Source of the DNA: Eremomyces bilateralis CBS 781.70
Taxonomy: Eukaryota
Strand: one strand, 5' to 3'
Length of the DNA stretch: 64,000 bases
NCBI GenBank assembly: GCA_010015585.1
Contig: ML975175.1
The notes under the pieces are model-generated. The model searched no databases. It worked only from the letters and a program-made list of their open reading frames with translations, and was not told the DNA's origin. A program made the position numbers and the translations under genes. Positions 37,120-50,718 of this stretch are shown here, in pieces (positions within the stretch are counted from its first letter, which is position 1; every line of letters begins with the position of its first letter).

Positions 37120-38123
37120 TTACAAGTGCTGATGGAAGAAGTTAAGAAGGAGCTTATAGGCCTTTTCGTAATCGGTCTTGACTTCCGCTTTTTCCAAATC
37201 ACCACTATTTCCGTTAATCAAAGCCAATCTATTAGGTCAGAGTTGAATTCAGGTAGACTTACCGGGCAGCCATGAATCCGTGAATCTGGTTGTCGAACCA
37301 GGTCACTTCTCCTTTTACCTTCAAACCTTCCTGCCATTTCCCGACATCGTTCTTATCCTCATCCTGACTTGGCAGCATGGCAAATGGGATGGTGATGTTG
37401 GGGGCATCTGCTGGGTCCACCATTGCCGGGTGGCAAGCTGCGCCAGCTTTAAAAGGGGTGCCAGCCTGGGAAGAGAGACTGACAATCTAGAAGAACATGT
37501 TCGTCAGCGGTCCATTCTCGTTCATATACATCGGTCAAGCGCACCTTTCCTCCCCAACAATAACCGTAGATCCCCCAGGTTTCGATCCCTGCCCCCGGCC
37601 CCTTGGATTTCAATTCCTCCAGGACCTTTGGGACGCGGCTCACCGTCTTGGGCGGTGCAGCAGGGCCAGAGAAGAATGCACCCATCTTCTCTTTCTTGTC
37701 GTCGGTGTCCGGTGGGTACCAGGAAATGTGTGCCGGTTTGCCCTCGAACCAATCCGGCATGAACACCAGATAGGGACGGTCTTTGTCCGAATGGGCCAGG
37801 ATGTCGGCTCCCTGGAGTGTTTGAGGGAAAAAGCCGAAAATGTCATAGATACAGAGGAGGGCACGTTTGGCGTTCGCTGGTCCGGTCACATCTTCCTCGC
37901 GTCAGATCTGGCATATCGATCGGACCGAGAAGAGCTCATGGAAATATCTTGGGTTCAAATGGACTCACATGTTTGCATGCCATTCACAGTGATGTATTTG
38001 CCCTTAGGTACGTAGTCCTTGGACACGACCGGAGGGATAGTGCAGCCTAATATGTGTCTCAGCATTTCAGTACTCTCACACCCCACTCCGACACAACTTA
38101 CAAGCTTCGGAGTGCTGAGACAT
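37120..38123 (-). CDS. Dienelactone hydrolase family protein; spliced; possible upstream ATG at 38294
   Basis: MSQHSEAC-CTIPPV, IYDIFG, VFMPDWF, GYCWGGK nucleophile motif, CHPAM, HGFMAAR. Confidence 0.9.
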
Positions 38124-38637
38124 GCTGGCGAGATATCGGCGGGGTTGCGTCGGGTTGGTCAGTGGGATGCGATTGGGCCTTGATATTGAAACAATTGGTT
38201 GCAAGTGATTCCGAGTCGCGGCGATCCGTAATGTGCTCCGCGAAAGAAATGATTTGGATAGAATTTGTCGGTTCGGAATGGAGAGATGGAACATTTCTGG
38301 CCGATGAGCTGGTGGAGCTGGAGGTGCCGTTGAGTTCCAATGCCGAGGAAAGTGGCGGGTCGACGATCAATTACATCACCGCGTGTCTCAACCCGAATCT
38401 GCACCTGAAATCTGCACCCGAATCTGCACCCGAAGGCCGAGATATCGCATTAATCTACTAAATCTACTCGGGAATGAAACTTGCTGTCTCTCAAGTAAAG
38501 CGCGTAGAAATGAGGTTAACCAACCTCTATCTTCCGAGAGACCAGGATGTCCAAGCTGTCCATATTCGTGATCATCTTCATTCTATTACAATGCACTCCA
38601 TACGCCAATCTATGCATGCTTTGAAACGTAATCAAGC

Positions 38638-40659
38638 TCAGAAATGACCTGCATCATCCAACTTGATTCCGTCCACACCGTTTTCCAACGCATTCGCGGC
38701 GTTGATCCCGTTCGTAATCTCCCCCAGGCAGCCAGCGCTTGCTGCCACGAACCCCAGATACGGCTTGCTTGGATCCAGGACACGGCTGAGATACTCCGGA
38801 TGGAATTGCACGCCAACAAACCACGGATGATTTTTGAGCTCGATGATCTCCATTCGCACGCCCGTATCGTCCTTACCGATGAAATTGAGACCCTGATCGT
38901 GAAGCTTCTCGACCATCTTCGGATTGACCTCGTAACGATGACGATGACGCTCCGAGATTGAGTTCTGATGGCCATAAAGCGCCTTGATCTTGCTCCAGTC
39001 CGTATCGGGCTGGAATAGAGTCGGACGAATGCCCAATCGCATAGTGCCGCCCATGGTCGTCTTGTCGATTTCCGGCATGAAGACAATGAGATGATTCTCT
39101 TCCGACACGCTCTGTTTGAACTCTTCACTGGTAGCTTGTGTGATGCCACATACATTCCGGGCGAATTCGATGACGGCGATTTGCATTCCCAGGCAGATGC
39201 CGAGATAGGGAGTCTTGTTCTCTCGAGCCCACTTGGCTGCCGCGATCATACCCTCTGTCCCGCGGATCCCGAATCCTCCAGGAACCAGGATTCCATCGGC
39301 CGTGCAGACGGAGTGCCATGCCTTGTGGAACTTGGCAGGGTCGGACTCGCGCGTTTCCCGTTCTAGATGTTCGGAATCGACCCAGATGATGTGGAGCTGT
39401 CGCTTACAGCGCATCGCCGAATGCTCCAGAGACTTGATGACGCTCAGGTATGAGTCGTGCAGCTCGGTGTATTTCCCCACAAGGGCTATCTCCACCTTCT
39501 CGTAGAATTGATGGTTGCCAACCGTCAACCCTTTCCATTGTGTCCATGTTCGTTGACCGCGTGTAAGGAGTGCTGGAGGAATCGTAGCGTTGTTGAACTT
39601 CAACTTTTCTCGAAGAAGAGGAACCAACCCTTGCTCTTCAAGCAGCACGGGAACTTGGTATATTGAGGGCATGTCTCGAACCACAATGACCTGCTCGACA
39701 TCAACCAGGCAGAAGTGTGCGATTTTCTGGATGACCGACGGTTCTAAGTCTCGTTCGCATCGGCACGCGATCTACGCTAGTCAGTTATCATTCCCAGGAA
39801 TTCGAGGTCCAACATACCAAATCCGGAATCAGACCGGCACTCCGAACGGAGCGGATGGTGTGCTGCGTGGGTTTCGTCTTCTGTTCGCCATGTATCAATG
39901 GCACGTAAGACACGTGGATTTGCATGAAATTGTCCTTCCCGGCCCTTCGGCGGAGTGCGGTAAGGGCTTCAACGAACGGCATGCTCTCAATGTCTCCGAC
40001 CGTCCCACCAAGCTCGATGATGCAGACATCCGGCTCCTCCTTGGTGTCGTCCACCGGGATCCTGGCGACCCTCTCGATCCAATCCTGAATCGCATCGGTG
40101 ATATGTGGAACCACCTGCACCGTCCGGCCCAGATAGTCACCTTTCCGCTCGCGTTCGATGACATGCTTGTAAATTTTTCCGGTGGTGATGTTGTTTTCGC
40201 GGGTGAGGGTGATGTTTAGGTAGCGTTCGTAATTGCCGAGATCGAGGTCCACTTCGCCGCCGTCGTCGAGAACAAAGACTTCGCCATGTCTGTAGCCGTA
40301 AGTGCACATCCTTCATGCAACGATTTCTGCACCACCCACTCTCTCGGGTTCATGGTCCCTGCATCGACATTGAGATAGGGATCGATTTTGATCGATGACA
40401 CGTATGAAACTCGTCAGTACACATGATGAAGCGCGTCAGAAGCGTGAACATATCTTCAGTCCGATCGTCTTCAGCAGCAGGCCCGTGGAAGAGGCTGCAA
40501 CGCGTTAGTGATCACTGCAACCTGTGTGAGCGTCGGTAGCGGGGTATACCAATGATGCCCTTTCCCACCCCACTAATGACACCTGTAGTCCTTTGTTTAG
40601 CATGGATCATATACAGTTATGGCCATTGACGGACCTCCGGATACCAAAACGTATTTCAT
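38638..40659 (-). CDS. URA7: CTP synthase; spliced
   Basis: [62 protein letters not shown]. Confidence 0.97.
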
Positions 40660-41782
40660 CTTGTGGAGAGGTATGGGGAGGGGAGACTCAATGGTCGGCA
40701 ATATTTTCGGAGAGGAAATCAGACCGGACGGGAACTTTTGATATTTTGTGACGCTTGCGGAATTGTGGATTGGTGAAGCAAAACGGGAGGACCCACTCGC
40801 GACAGGGATTAGTTTATGCCTGAGGCGACAGGGCAATATAAAATTGATGACATAATCAGATCGATTAGCATGATTGATTTCATCTGATGATGGAAGTGAT
40901 GAGATCTGATGATACATGCATACATATACCGAAGACTCCTTCTTAGCTGCCTCTACGATGTAGACGCCTATTCAGTCTCCCCTCAGTTTCTACTCTTCTG
41001 TATCAATGAAGGTGGCAATTCTCTCAAGAAACCAGACGTCTCGTGCCCTCCGGCGAAGCACCGCTCGGGACACCCTCCGTACTACGGCATAAGATTACCC
41101 TATGCCTGGTCGAAGTAGGCATCTATATACAACTTTTGGTAAATGTCCGAACAATTTGCATATCTTCCAACGTGGCTCCGTATGTCCGCTAAGAGTATCC
41201 CGTAAGGGTAATCTCCAGGCTTTTGGCATCACGACTCTTGAACACCCAACATACTCCAACGCAGCAATCGTACTCATTGTGGAAATCCAATAGCCAAAAT
41301 TTCGAAGATTCCGGAAGCCGAGACGCCTTGCACACATTTGTCCTCAAGCGTCGGCCGGGGGATGAAAGGGGTCTTTCTAACAAATCGTTACTCACGGAAT
41401 CGTTCCACTCGTCCTATTCAAATCATTGATGAGAGGGCTCTTGGAAGCCACCTGTTCCCTCCAGACCGGCGCTTGTATCTGTGGCAGTGCGGTCGGAAAA
41501 TCCTCAACATAATCAAGCCGTGTCTCGGGGTTTCTAAGCAAAGTGACTCCCAACGGCGGGAAGTGTTCGGGGAGGGTTGTTCGGAATCCTCCGATGGCCA
41601 TATGTGGGTGAGGTATATATTGAACGATTTTCAACTCGTTCAGTGATACTCCATTGGATCCGACGCCATCGGAAGGGGATCCTTCTTTCGAAGTCGAAAA
41701 TGGCATAAACCTCGTTGAAGATCCTGTAGGATTGGTCGATGTTTCCTGGCACTGCTCTTGATAACTAAGGCGCGGGAGGGTT

Positions 41783-43854
41783 TCAATCCGGGATGTCCGC
41801 TGGTGAAGCTGTATCTGGAGGGGAGGAGAGTACAATTGTGGGCGAAGAAGGAACGCTCGGCGTCAACACAACCGCCGGTGTAGGTCGTGTAGGGCTCGGG
41901 TAGGGCGACGGCACCTGAAGAGTGTCCCGTCGTCTTGGCTGAAATCCGGGGCTTGGATCAGACGTCGATCGAGAAGCCTCGATAGGGTCGGACATGGTCC
42001 GAATCCTTGCTTGCATGGGTGCTCGCATAGATGGGGACGGCGACGGCGACCTCGAGGCGACTCCACTCTCTGCAAAGCTTATCCGTGAGGCTCGTCGGCT
42101 CAGACCAGTCGGGGCGCCCTCCTCGCCCTTCAGGGCCCGGTACTGCTCTTCGGTGTGTCGCAGCTGTTTATTCCGACTCGCCTCTCCTGGAACGGTGGGG
42201 TACATTCCTGCCCTGCCGAACTTGAACTCGGAATAATCGTATCGGTCCGGCGCTGGAGTAACAAACCAGTCACTGACCGAGTTCAATGCCTTGGCCACCT
42301 GTTTTCGAGCCCCAACGTCGACACTTGGCATTGAAAGTCGATGTGCTCGATCGTGGTCATCCGAGTCCATCGTTGAATGCGGCCTTCCATTGGCTTGCAA
42401 GTCGGTGGGCGATCGGGGTCCATCAGAGCCCGAGCTCAATCCCGATCTGACCCTTTCAACCTCCACCATCTCGGTTTGTTGATCTCTTGGAGGCGGTCTT
42501 CTAATGGAAGCATGTCGCTCATCCTGTGTTGGGTCCGCCGCACCTGTCGCTGTATCAGATTCCGAGTCCGGAGTATAGACTTCTCTTCCGTTTCCGTTTA
42601 ACCCTTTCGGGTCCGAAGCATTCCTTTGCTGCGGAGGGCTCTGGGGGATATGAAGAACATACAACGACCCCAGAGCTGCCAATCCGGCGGCAAGGATTGG
42701 ACCCCAGCCACCAATGCATGCCATGGGCTCGATTCCGTAAAGCATTGGCTGGCTAAAAAAGTTCAGTTCCCCGATGATGAGGACAAACCCCACTGCACCG
42801 ACGAAGAATGGGGCTTCGATCGCGGACAGAAATTTCCGGATGACGGAATTGATCCCTTCCATGTCTTTGAGGGTTGCACCATTTGTGCCTTGGATGAGAT
42901 CGTTCTCGTTGGTTTCATCTTGGTCATCGCTGTAAATCAATTTCAGCCAGTTGTCCTTTAGGATCTTGTTCCACATAGACACCAAGGAAAGGACGGCGGG
43001 AATGCAGCACGCAGCAGCGAGCAGCGTTGCGGTTCCGAAGGTGACTTTGCTCGGAGCCGGGATGACGTAGATTTCATTGGCCGAACCACCTCGAAAGGGA
43101 GAGGACGGCCCTTCTGTGGTCGAACAGGTGAGGCCACAGGTATGTTGCTCGTAGGGGAAGGAACCAGTATTCATCGGGACGGGATTTCCCAAGTTGTCCA
43201 GGCAATCCGACTCATGCTGGCGGTAGAACTCCACCATCAAGCTTATCAAGCCTGCGATCCTTAGCAAACTATGTCATCTGTGTTACGGATACCCACTCAC
43301 CGGCCAATATGAGGCTTGTCCAGATGAAGATGATATTTCGACCTGGATCGTTGAAATAAGTTGTGGATAACCTCGCGGTGACCGGAGCGGCCAGAATGCC
43401 GATGGAGCAAAGCTGGAAGATTCCATACACGTCTAGGTCGATGGCGCCTATAGGTTATTAGCTCCGGAGTGGAAGCACCGAACGGCCAGGACGAAACTCA
43501 CCATCGATGTGGAGGGAAGCGATAGCGATGCCATGAATGGCGGCAACGGCGGGGAAAAGTAATGCGGCAGCTAAACAGGCGTTTCTGAGCCACTCGTTCT
43601 TTCGAGCCAGAACGCAGGCTAGAACGAGGACATAGTATCTTAAGAGGCATGGCAAGTTAGCCTACCATTCCGCCTGGAGCTGTGCAACAGATGGGAGATC
43701 GGGTTACATACAAGACTCTCGAGCCCGGTCCATACTGGTCGGAGACGGGCCAGGCACACACAACTTGCAAAGCCTCGACGGTCGCATTCGGAGGAGAAGC
43801 AGCACGGGAAACGAAGGTGTTCGGATCAACGAGAAGGCCAAGCACAGGCGGCAT
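41783..43854 (-). CDS. Conserved fungal membrane protein of unknown function; spliced
   Basis: VVCAWPVSDQYGPGSRVLYY, several TM segments, IGELNFFS, Ser/Pro-rich tail. Confidence 0.7.
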
Positions 43855-45991
43855 GACCTCAGGGCTCGGGATGGCACAGGATGGAGATACGAGTATAGGT
43901 GAGGGAGTAATACATGTAACCGGATTCGCAGAGAGGGTTGTTATATAGCGACACCAGTGGCATGGTGGGAAGGTACAAGAAAGGAAGGGTAAGGTCCGAG
44001 ACGAGAGATAGTATGCATCGACAAGGCCAAGAAGGGGGAGCGAAAGGGCCGTGGCAAGAGGTCGGAGACCAAGGCTGAGATTTGGAGTGGTCTCTCCAAG
44101 TTAGGTGAACGAAGGACGCAATACGTATCTCACGTTCGCGCAGGGCGACCAAACAGGACGGGGGACATCACACTGCAGATGGGACTGCAGCAGCCGGTGG
44201 ACTTTGTGTCATTTGTCAACTGTCAAACTGCACCTATCCCTCAGGCTAAGGCTGGGGGAAAGAAGCAGAGCCTCAAGTCAAGCCACCGTCTCAGCGCTGG
44301 GTATTAGTAATAATACGCGGAAATTCCTAGCATGTTGAGTGGTACGTGCGAGGAGAGGGAGAAGACGCAAAGACGGTATGAGGGTTTAGATTGCTCGCTA
44401 ATATTGGACACGGGTAAAGGAAGGCTCAAGGACGGATTTCCATCTATTAATCCTATCATTTCTAGGTAAACGAGGCACTTACGTGTACTCCGTACCGACC
44501 AGAGACCAGAACATCATCACTTGCTCAGTGTGACACACGTGACTCGACCTGACACACACCCATTGACCGCTTGACACCTCAGCCACCATCTCGGCCGCTG
44601 ACAACAATGACCGACAGGACAAGTGACGGACCTGGTAATATTACCCGACGGTCCCGACCCAGTATTTTTTGCGCACTCCGTTGTCCGTACATAGTATGTT
44701 TGATATCCGTAAGCACTAAGCCGCGGGTGTCGTGGGCTTCAAGTTGATTTCCTTGGACTCTGGAATAGAAGTGGAGGTCTTGGAGGTTCTTGGCGGCGTT
44801 GGGGATGGCTGGACACTGGGTACTGGGTAGAGATAGACCATAGAAGGCCGAAGGAGAGACGGAATTGATAGTAGGGGGTACGGGGTTATTTCAACCAATC
44901 ATATTTCGGTCCATTGTTCACACGGCTCGGGGACATCCGGTCCAGGGTTCGTGCGATCCTCCAGGTTTGTCCAATCAGAGTCCCCTGTCCCCAAAGATAT
45001 GACGATCGCAAATCGAGGGGATCAGGAAGCGGCCCCGCAGACCGTAGTACCTTCGACGTTCGACGTTCGAATCGACCCCATGTCTCTCCCAGCCACACTC
45101 CGACCTCCGGGAAACAGCAACCGAACTACGGAGTACTGAAATGAGATTCCCTGTTTGGGCTTTTCCGGTCAGTGCTACGGCATCTCACTGCGAATCCCCC
45201 ATAGCGGTGCTTATACAGCCAACTCGGTACGAGATTATGTAAGGACGTACCGTAATTGGCGTAGTCAGCATGTCCGATGTTTCATCTTCTCATCTCTGAC
45301 CAGTGATCATAGATGAAATGGGAGAAATGAAGATTCTGCCTTGCCAAGCTACCATCAATGAGGTGCATCCATGATGCCAGTAAACAGCCAGTTCCAGCCT
45401 CACGCTTCTCATGTTTTCTCACGCTTCTCACGCTTCTCACGCCCATCGATGTTACAATTTACGACCTTTCATTTTTCCTTGCAGCACGTGAACCCCCAAG
45501 CCGCTCTTACAGGTCTTACTTGCACAGAGTCGTACTCGGTACTCAACCATCTCCACGTCTGCATCTCCTGCCGTGGTTCTCTGCCGTTGTATTAAGGTAG
45601 TGTATTCTGCACTCCACTGAGGCTGTGTCGCGTCTAGGTAGCGTCTAACCGACCATTTTCATGCACCTACTTTTTCCAGAATCTTTTCATCTCAAGTTCA
45701 TCTTATCAGAATATCGGAGGGCTTTCAATCAGCCTTGCCCACACTCACCATAGTAATCCCCCTCCTTAGTCCTTGGGGCTTGGGCTAATTCTTCCTGGCT
45801 GATATTCGTTGCCACCACTCAAGAACCCCATCCACGGACTGCAGTTCATTCTTGCTGCAGACAACTGCACCCACCACCGCTTTCTCCGCTACAAGACTTC
45901 AACACCCCCCGTTCCACCCCTTGGAAATCTCCATACCATCAGAAGATCAGAAGATGCCTTAGCAACTTCCGTGCTGTGATATGACAGCGCC

Positions 45992-48338
45992 ATGGCTGGC
46001 CATTCAATCTCCGATTTGCGAGACGACGACCTCGACACCAGCAAAATCAAAACCTGGCCATCAATTGTCACCCTCGTCGTCTTTGTCGTTACCAGTACGG
46101 CCCGAATAACTCGTATGCCCTAGACCCTCGCTTAACTGACCATTCTCAATAGATGTCATCGTTCTCTTTCCATTTCACATCCCCTTTTACTTTCCGCGGG
46201 CCATTTCGACCGCCAGCGTAGACGCCCTCGCTGCATTGCGAATAATCCCCCCGCGACGATGCCATCCTGTTACCTCCGATCCTTCTGAGGACGATGATAA
46301 CAATGGCAAACGCAAACCATGGGTTCGCTTCCGGTTCCCCATGAACTTCGTCACCGCCCCGTTGATCGCCGATCTCTTCCTCCTTGCGATCCAAGCCATT
46401 GGCCGACGGGAAGTTCACGATGGAACCATTGGGGCAGACAACATCTCTCCGATCGATATCATGGCCTTCTTCATCACCTTGGCATACATTGCTATATCCA
46501 TCGATGCCTCCGGATTGATCAGATACCTGGCCTTCAAGGTGCTCCAATACGGTGGGAAGGTTGGCCATAAATTGTTCTTCTATCTGTATGCCTTCTTCTT
46601 CGTCCTGGGCAGTTTCATCGGCAACGACCCTATCATTTTGTCCGGCACCGCATTCCTGGCATATATGACCCGAGTATCCAGCAACATCGTCCACCCCCGA
46701 GCCTGGATCCATTCTCAGTTCGCCGTTGCCAACATCGCTTCGGCCATCCTCGTCTCGTCCAACCCGACCAACCTGGTCCTCGCGGGCGCCTTCGAGATCA
46801 GGTTCATCACCTACACCGCCAACATGATCGTTCCTGTGGTTGTCACCGCGATCGTCCTCTTTCCCTGCTTGCTGTATGTCATCTTCGCGAACGAAGCGTT
46901 GATCCCTGTCTCCATCCGGATGCACGAGTTGTCCGAGGAAGAGAAAGCAAAGAAACCCGTGAACCCGAACATCCCAAATGCCAGAGTGACGGCCGAGGAC
47001 CAAGAGGAGCTCGGCAATGAAGAGGAGGGTAAACGTCTGTCGCTCGAGGAAATTATGAATCCGTTCTTAGACAAGGGCGGCGCCGCATTCGGAGCGGTCA
47101 TCATGACGGCCACCTTGGTCACCCTTTTAGCGCTCAATGCCGCCAGTCAGAGCACTGGCGAGCATCCCGTGTTCTGGGTGACATTGCCGGCTGCGTTCGT
47201 CATGTTCTGCTGGGACGTGGCGTTCGGTTGGTATCACCGCAAAGAGACGCGTGAGATCGCTCAAAGGGGTCGCCAGGAACTAGAACAAGCGCGCGCCGAT
47301 CGAGCAATAAGAAGTCAGGCAATGCTCGTTGAAAATTCTGAGGAAGGTGAGGGTGATCTCTCTGAAAGCCCGCCGCAGAGCCCGGGTGCCGGTGGCGATG
47401 GGGGCGGTGTGTCGCGCCGAAAAGATGCCAGCAACGCCACATCCGCAGATGACGTGGACACCATCGAACCAGGCATCAGTCGACCGTCCACCTTCGCGAC
47501 GAGCACATTCGACGAAAAGCAAAAGGTAGCTCCCGCACCTGCCAATGACCCATCCAAAACGACGCTTGCACCCCTCTACGCGGAGCCGAACGAGAAGTCG
47601 GCAGAGCTGGTTGGTCCAGAGATCGACCCCGAGATGCGACCCTCCGATGATGAATTGTCTCTCGAATCAGAGCCGCAACCGACAACGCTAGTCTCGCTTG
47701 TCAAAGTCTTTTACCGGTGGTGTCAAGAGAGCTTTCCCACCGTGACGGCTGTTTTGGCACACCTACCATGGGCGCTCGTCCCCTTTGCCTTCGCCATGTT
47801 CGTTCTTGTGCAGGCGTTGAAAACGAAAGGATGGGTCCCCGTGTTCGCCTACGGATGGGACCATTGGGTGGATAAAACGGGCACCGTCGGTGCTATTGGC
47901 GGGATGGGTTTCGTGTCCGTCATGCTCTGCAACGTAAGTTTTTGTTGTTTTTAAGAAGCCTCTCGGCGGTGGTGGGCTAAGGGAAGAATATTTTAGTTCG
48001 CCGGCACGAACATCGGCACCACCATCCTCCTCTCCCGCATCATTCAAGCCTGGCAACAGATCCATATTAAAAACGGCACTATCATCACCGACCGCACATT
48101 CTGGGGGACCGTATATAGCATGGCCATTGGCGTTAACTACGGCGCGTTCAGCACGTCCTTCAGTGCCTCCCTGGCCGGTCTTTTATGGCGCGATATCCTC
48201 GCGCGCAAACATATCCGGGTTCGGGAGCTCGATTTTGCATACGTCAACGTCCCCATCATTGCGATTTCAATGACGGTGGGTTGTGCCGTTCTCATTGGCC
48301 AGATATATATTATACGGGACACCGAGCCGTATCGATGA
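45992..48338 (+). CDS. ArsB/NhaD/CitMHS (IT superfamily) membrane transporter; spliced
   Basis: ISIDASGLIRYLA, GSFIGNDPIILSGT, VSSNPTNLV, GVNYGAFS..ASLAGLLW; many TM segments. Confidence 0.8.
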
Positions 48339-48904
48339 TTTCAAGAAGGTTGCATTGTCTCTCTTCCTTTATGCCGGGAAATCCCTCCCCGTAGCGCGCG
48401 CTTGGTCCGAGGAGTCAAACGATTCCCTGAAACTGGACGATGAATATATAACGACGGTGGAGGTTCTCTAAATATTAAACGAGGTCAGACGTGCAGGGTA
48501 GGTAGTTGGGACCGCCTTGGGACCCCCATGGATTCGGGGTAGCCATTGGACGCACTTCTTGACAGGTAGGAGGAGAACAGAGAAGGGTTCCTGGGTCATT
48601 TTTAATCGCATCTACGGCCGCGGCACTAATCCAGCGTGCACTGGATCTAGTGTCCTATTCTTCTTACCTAGGACCTCCTGAGAAGATAGAGCGGATAGTT
48701 GGTTGGAACATTTCAAAGCCATGAGTGAGCGTATGCCGGAAACAATTATGAATAGATATTCGAACACGCTCGATTGTAAATACAAACTTTGGCCATTGGA
48801 ATCACTTCATGAAGCTTGTACAATTTGGCCCAAAAGGATAGCACGACTTTCCGATTTGAGAAGGTGGCCAAAAACGCAAAAACGACAGGGTTTGACGACA
48901 ACCA

Positions 48905-49482
48905 TTATAGCTTCGCAGCTGGGGTTGGGCTCTGGACGCTAGTGATCTCGTTATAGAGGAGCCTAAAAGGGGGTTGTTAGCTTTTGCTCGCTTTTGCTCC
49001 GCACAAAAGGGCGATGGCAACAACTTACGAGGTCAAAAATTCCGCATAGTCCTCGCCCGTCACCTGGCTCTCGAAATACTTGGCGGCCAGATGATACTTG
49101 TTGCCCTTGGGGGCCTTCTTCGCCAACTCCTCGGCCTGCTCCCGCAGCAGTTTGATGGCGTAGCTCTTGTCCACCTTCTTACCCTCGGCGGTGGAAACGC
49201 CGTGTCGGCACCACTGCCAGAGCTGCGACCGTGACACCTCCGCCGTGGCGGCGTCCTCCATGAGGTAGTTGATGGGGACGCAGCCGACGCCGCGCACCCA
49301 ACCCTCCATGTAGCCGAGGCCAATGTTGAGGTTCTTGCGGATGCCGGTCTCGGTGATCTGGCCGGGCACGTTCATGTTGAGGAGGTCGTTGGCGGTGATG
49401 TGGACGTCCTCGCGACGCACGTGCATCTGGTTGGGCGTTGGCATGTGAGTGTTGAAGACGTCGGTCGCGATGCTCGCGAGGG

Positions 49483-49514
<32 letters not shown>

Positions 49515-50718
49515 GCGCGCACCTCGCGAAGCTTGTCGGCGCGGACAGACTCCATGGCGACGTCGTTGGCAACCGGGTCGTCCTTGATGGGGATCTGGGC
49601 AGCCATACCGCCCATGGCGTGCACGCCGCGGCGATGGCAGGTCTTGATAAGAAGTTTGACGTAAGAATCCATGAAGGGGACAGTCATGGTGACGGCGGAA
49701 CGATCGGGGAGGACGAAGTTGGGGTTTTGGCGGAAGCGTTTGATGACGCTGAAGATGTAGTCCCAACGGCCGCAGTTGAGGCCGGAAGAGTGGTCGCGGA
49801 GTTCGTAGATGATCTGGCATATGTTAGCAAAGTATGCCCTGAATCCTTATCTGTAACATTTCCTGAGATATGACGTACCTCATCCATCTCGAAAGCGGCC
49901 ATGATGGTCTCGATCAGCACGGTTCCACGGATGGTGCCCCGCGGCATGCCAATGTAATCTTGCGCCAGGTTGAAGACATCGTTCCAGAGTCGGGCCTCCA
50001 GATGGCTTTCCATCTTGGCGAGATAGAAGTAAGGGCCAGCACCCCGCTTGACGAGCTCTTTGGCATTGTTGAAGAAGTACAGACCAAAATCAAACAACGC
50101 TCCGGAAATGGGCTCCCCGTCCACGGTGAAATGCTTCTCCTCTAGATGCCAGCCTCGGGCACGGGCAATGAGAGTCGGCAGCTTCTGGTCCGTTCGCAGT
50201 TTGTACCACTTCTCTCCTTGTTTGAAGTCCACCTGTCTGCGGATGGCATCGTGGAGGTTGAGTTGACCATTGATCATGTTGTCCCAGGTCGGGGCGCTCG
50301 AGTCTACTTCGGTCAGCGTGTGCCCTCTTCTGCATCAAGGTTATGATCCTTTACCTTCGAAATCCGCCATATAGGTCCATACATCCGAGTTCAATGCGTT
50401 GACGACCATCTTCCTATCGGTAGGACCAGTGATCTCTACCCTTCGGTCGACGAGACCCGGTGCAGGGGCAGCTCCCTTCCATGTAGCATCCTCGCGAATG
50501 TGTCGGGTCTCAGGAAGGAAATCCGGAAGGTAACCTTTGTCGAGCTCGGCCTGACGGGCCATCCGTCGCTGAAGCAGGGCCTTGCGGGTTCCATTGAAGG
50601 TTCGGTGAAGCAAGGCAAGGAAAACGGCGGCATCTTTGCTCAAGATGTTTTTGGTCTTGTCGTTGAGAGGACCCAAGACCTTGACGTCCCTCAAAACCTG
50701 TTCTGGGTTGGCTGCCAT
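48905..50718 (-). CDS. MLS1: Malate synthase (peroxisomal, PTS1 -AKL)
   Basis: [58 protein letters not shown]; ends PAAKL*. Confidence 0.97.

Noticed and set aside
38392..38434. Short tandem repeat (CCGAATCTGCAC-like x3); also TCACGCTTC repeats near 45400-45441
   Set aside because: Ordinary intergenic minisatellites with no supportable function
40920..41780. Short ORFs between CTP synthase and the membrane protein gene
   Set aside because: No recognisable motifs or consistent frame
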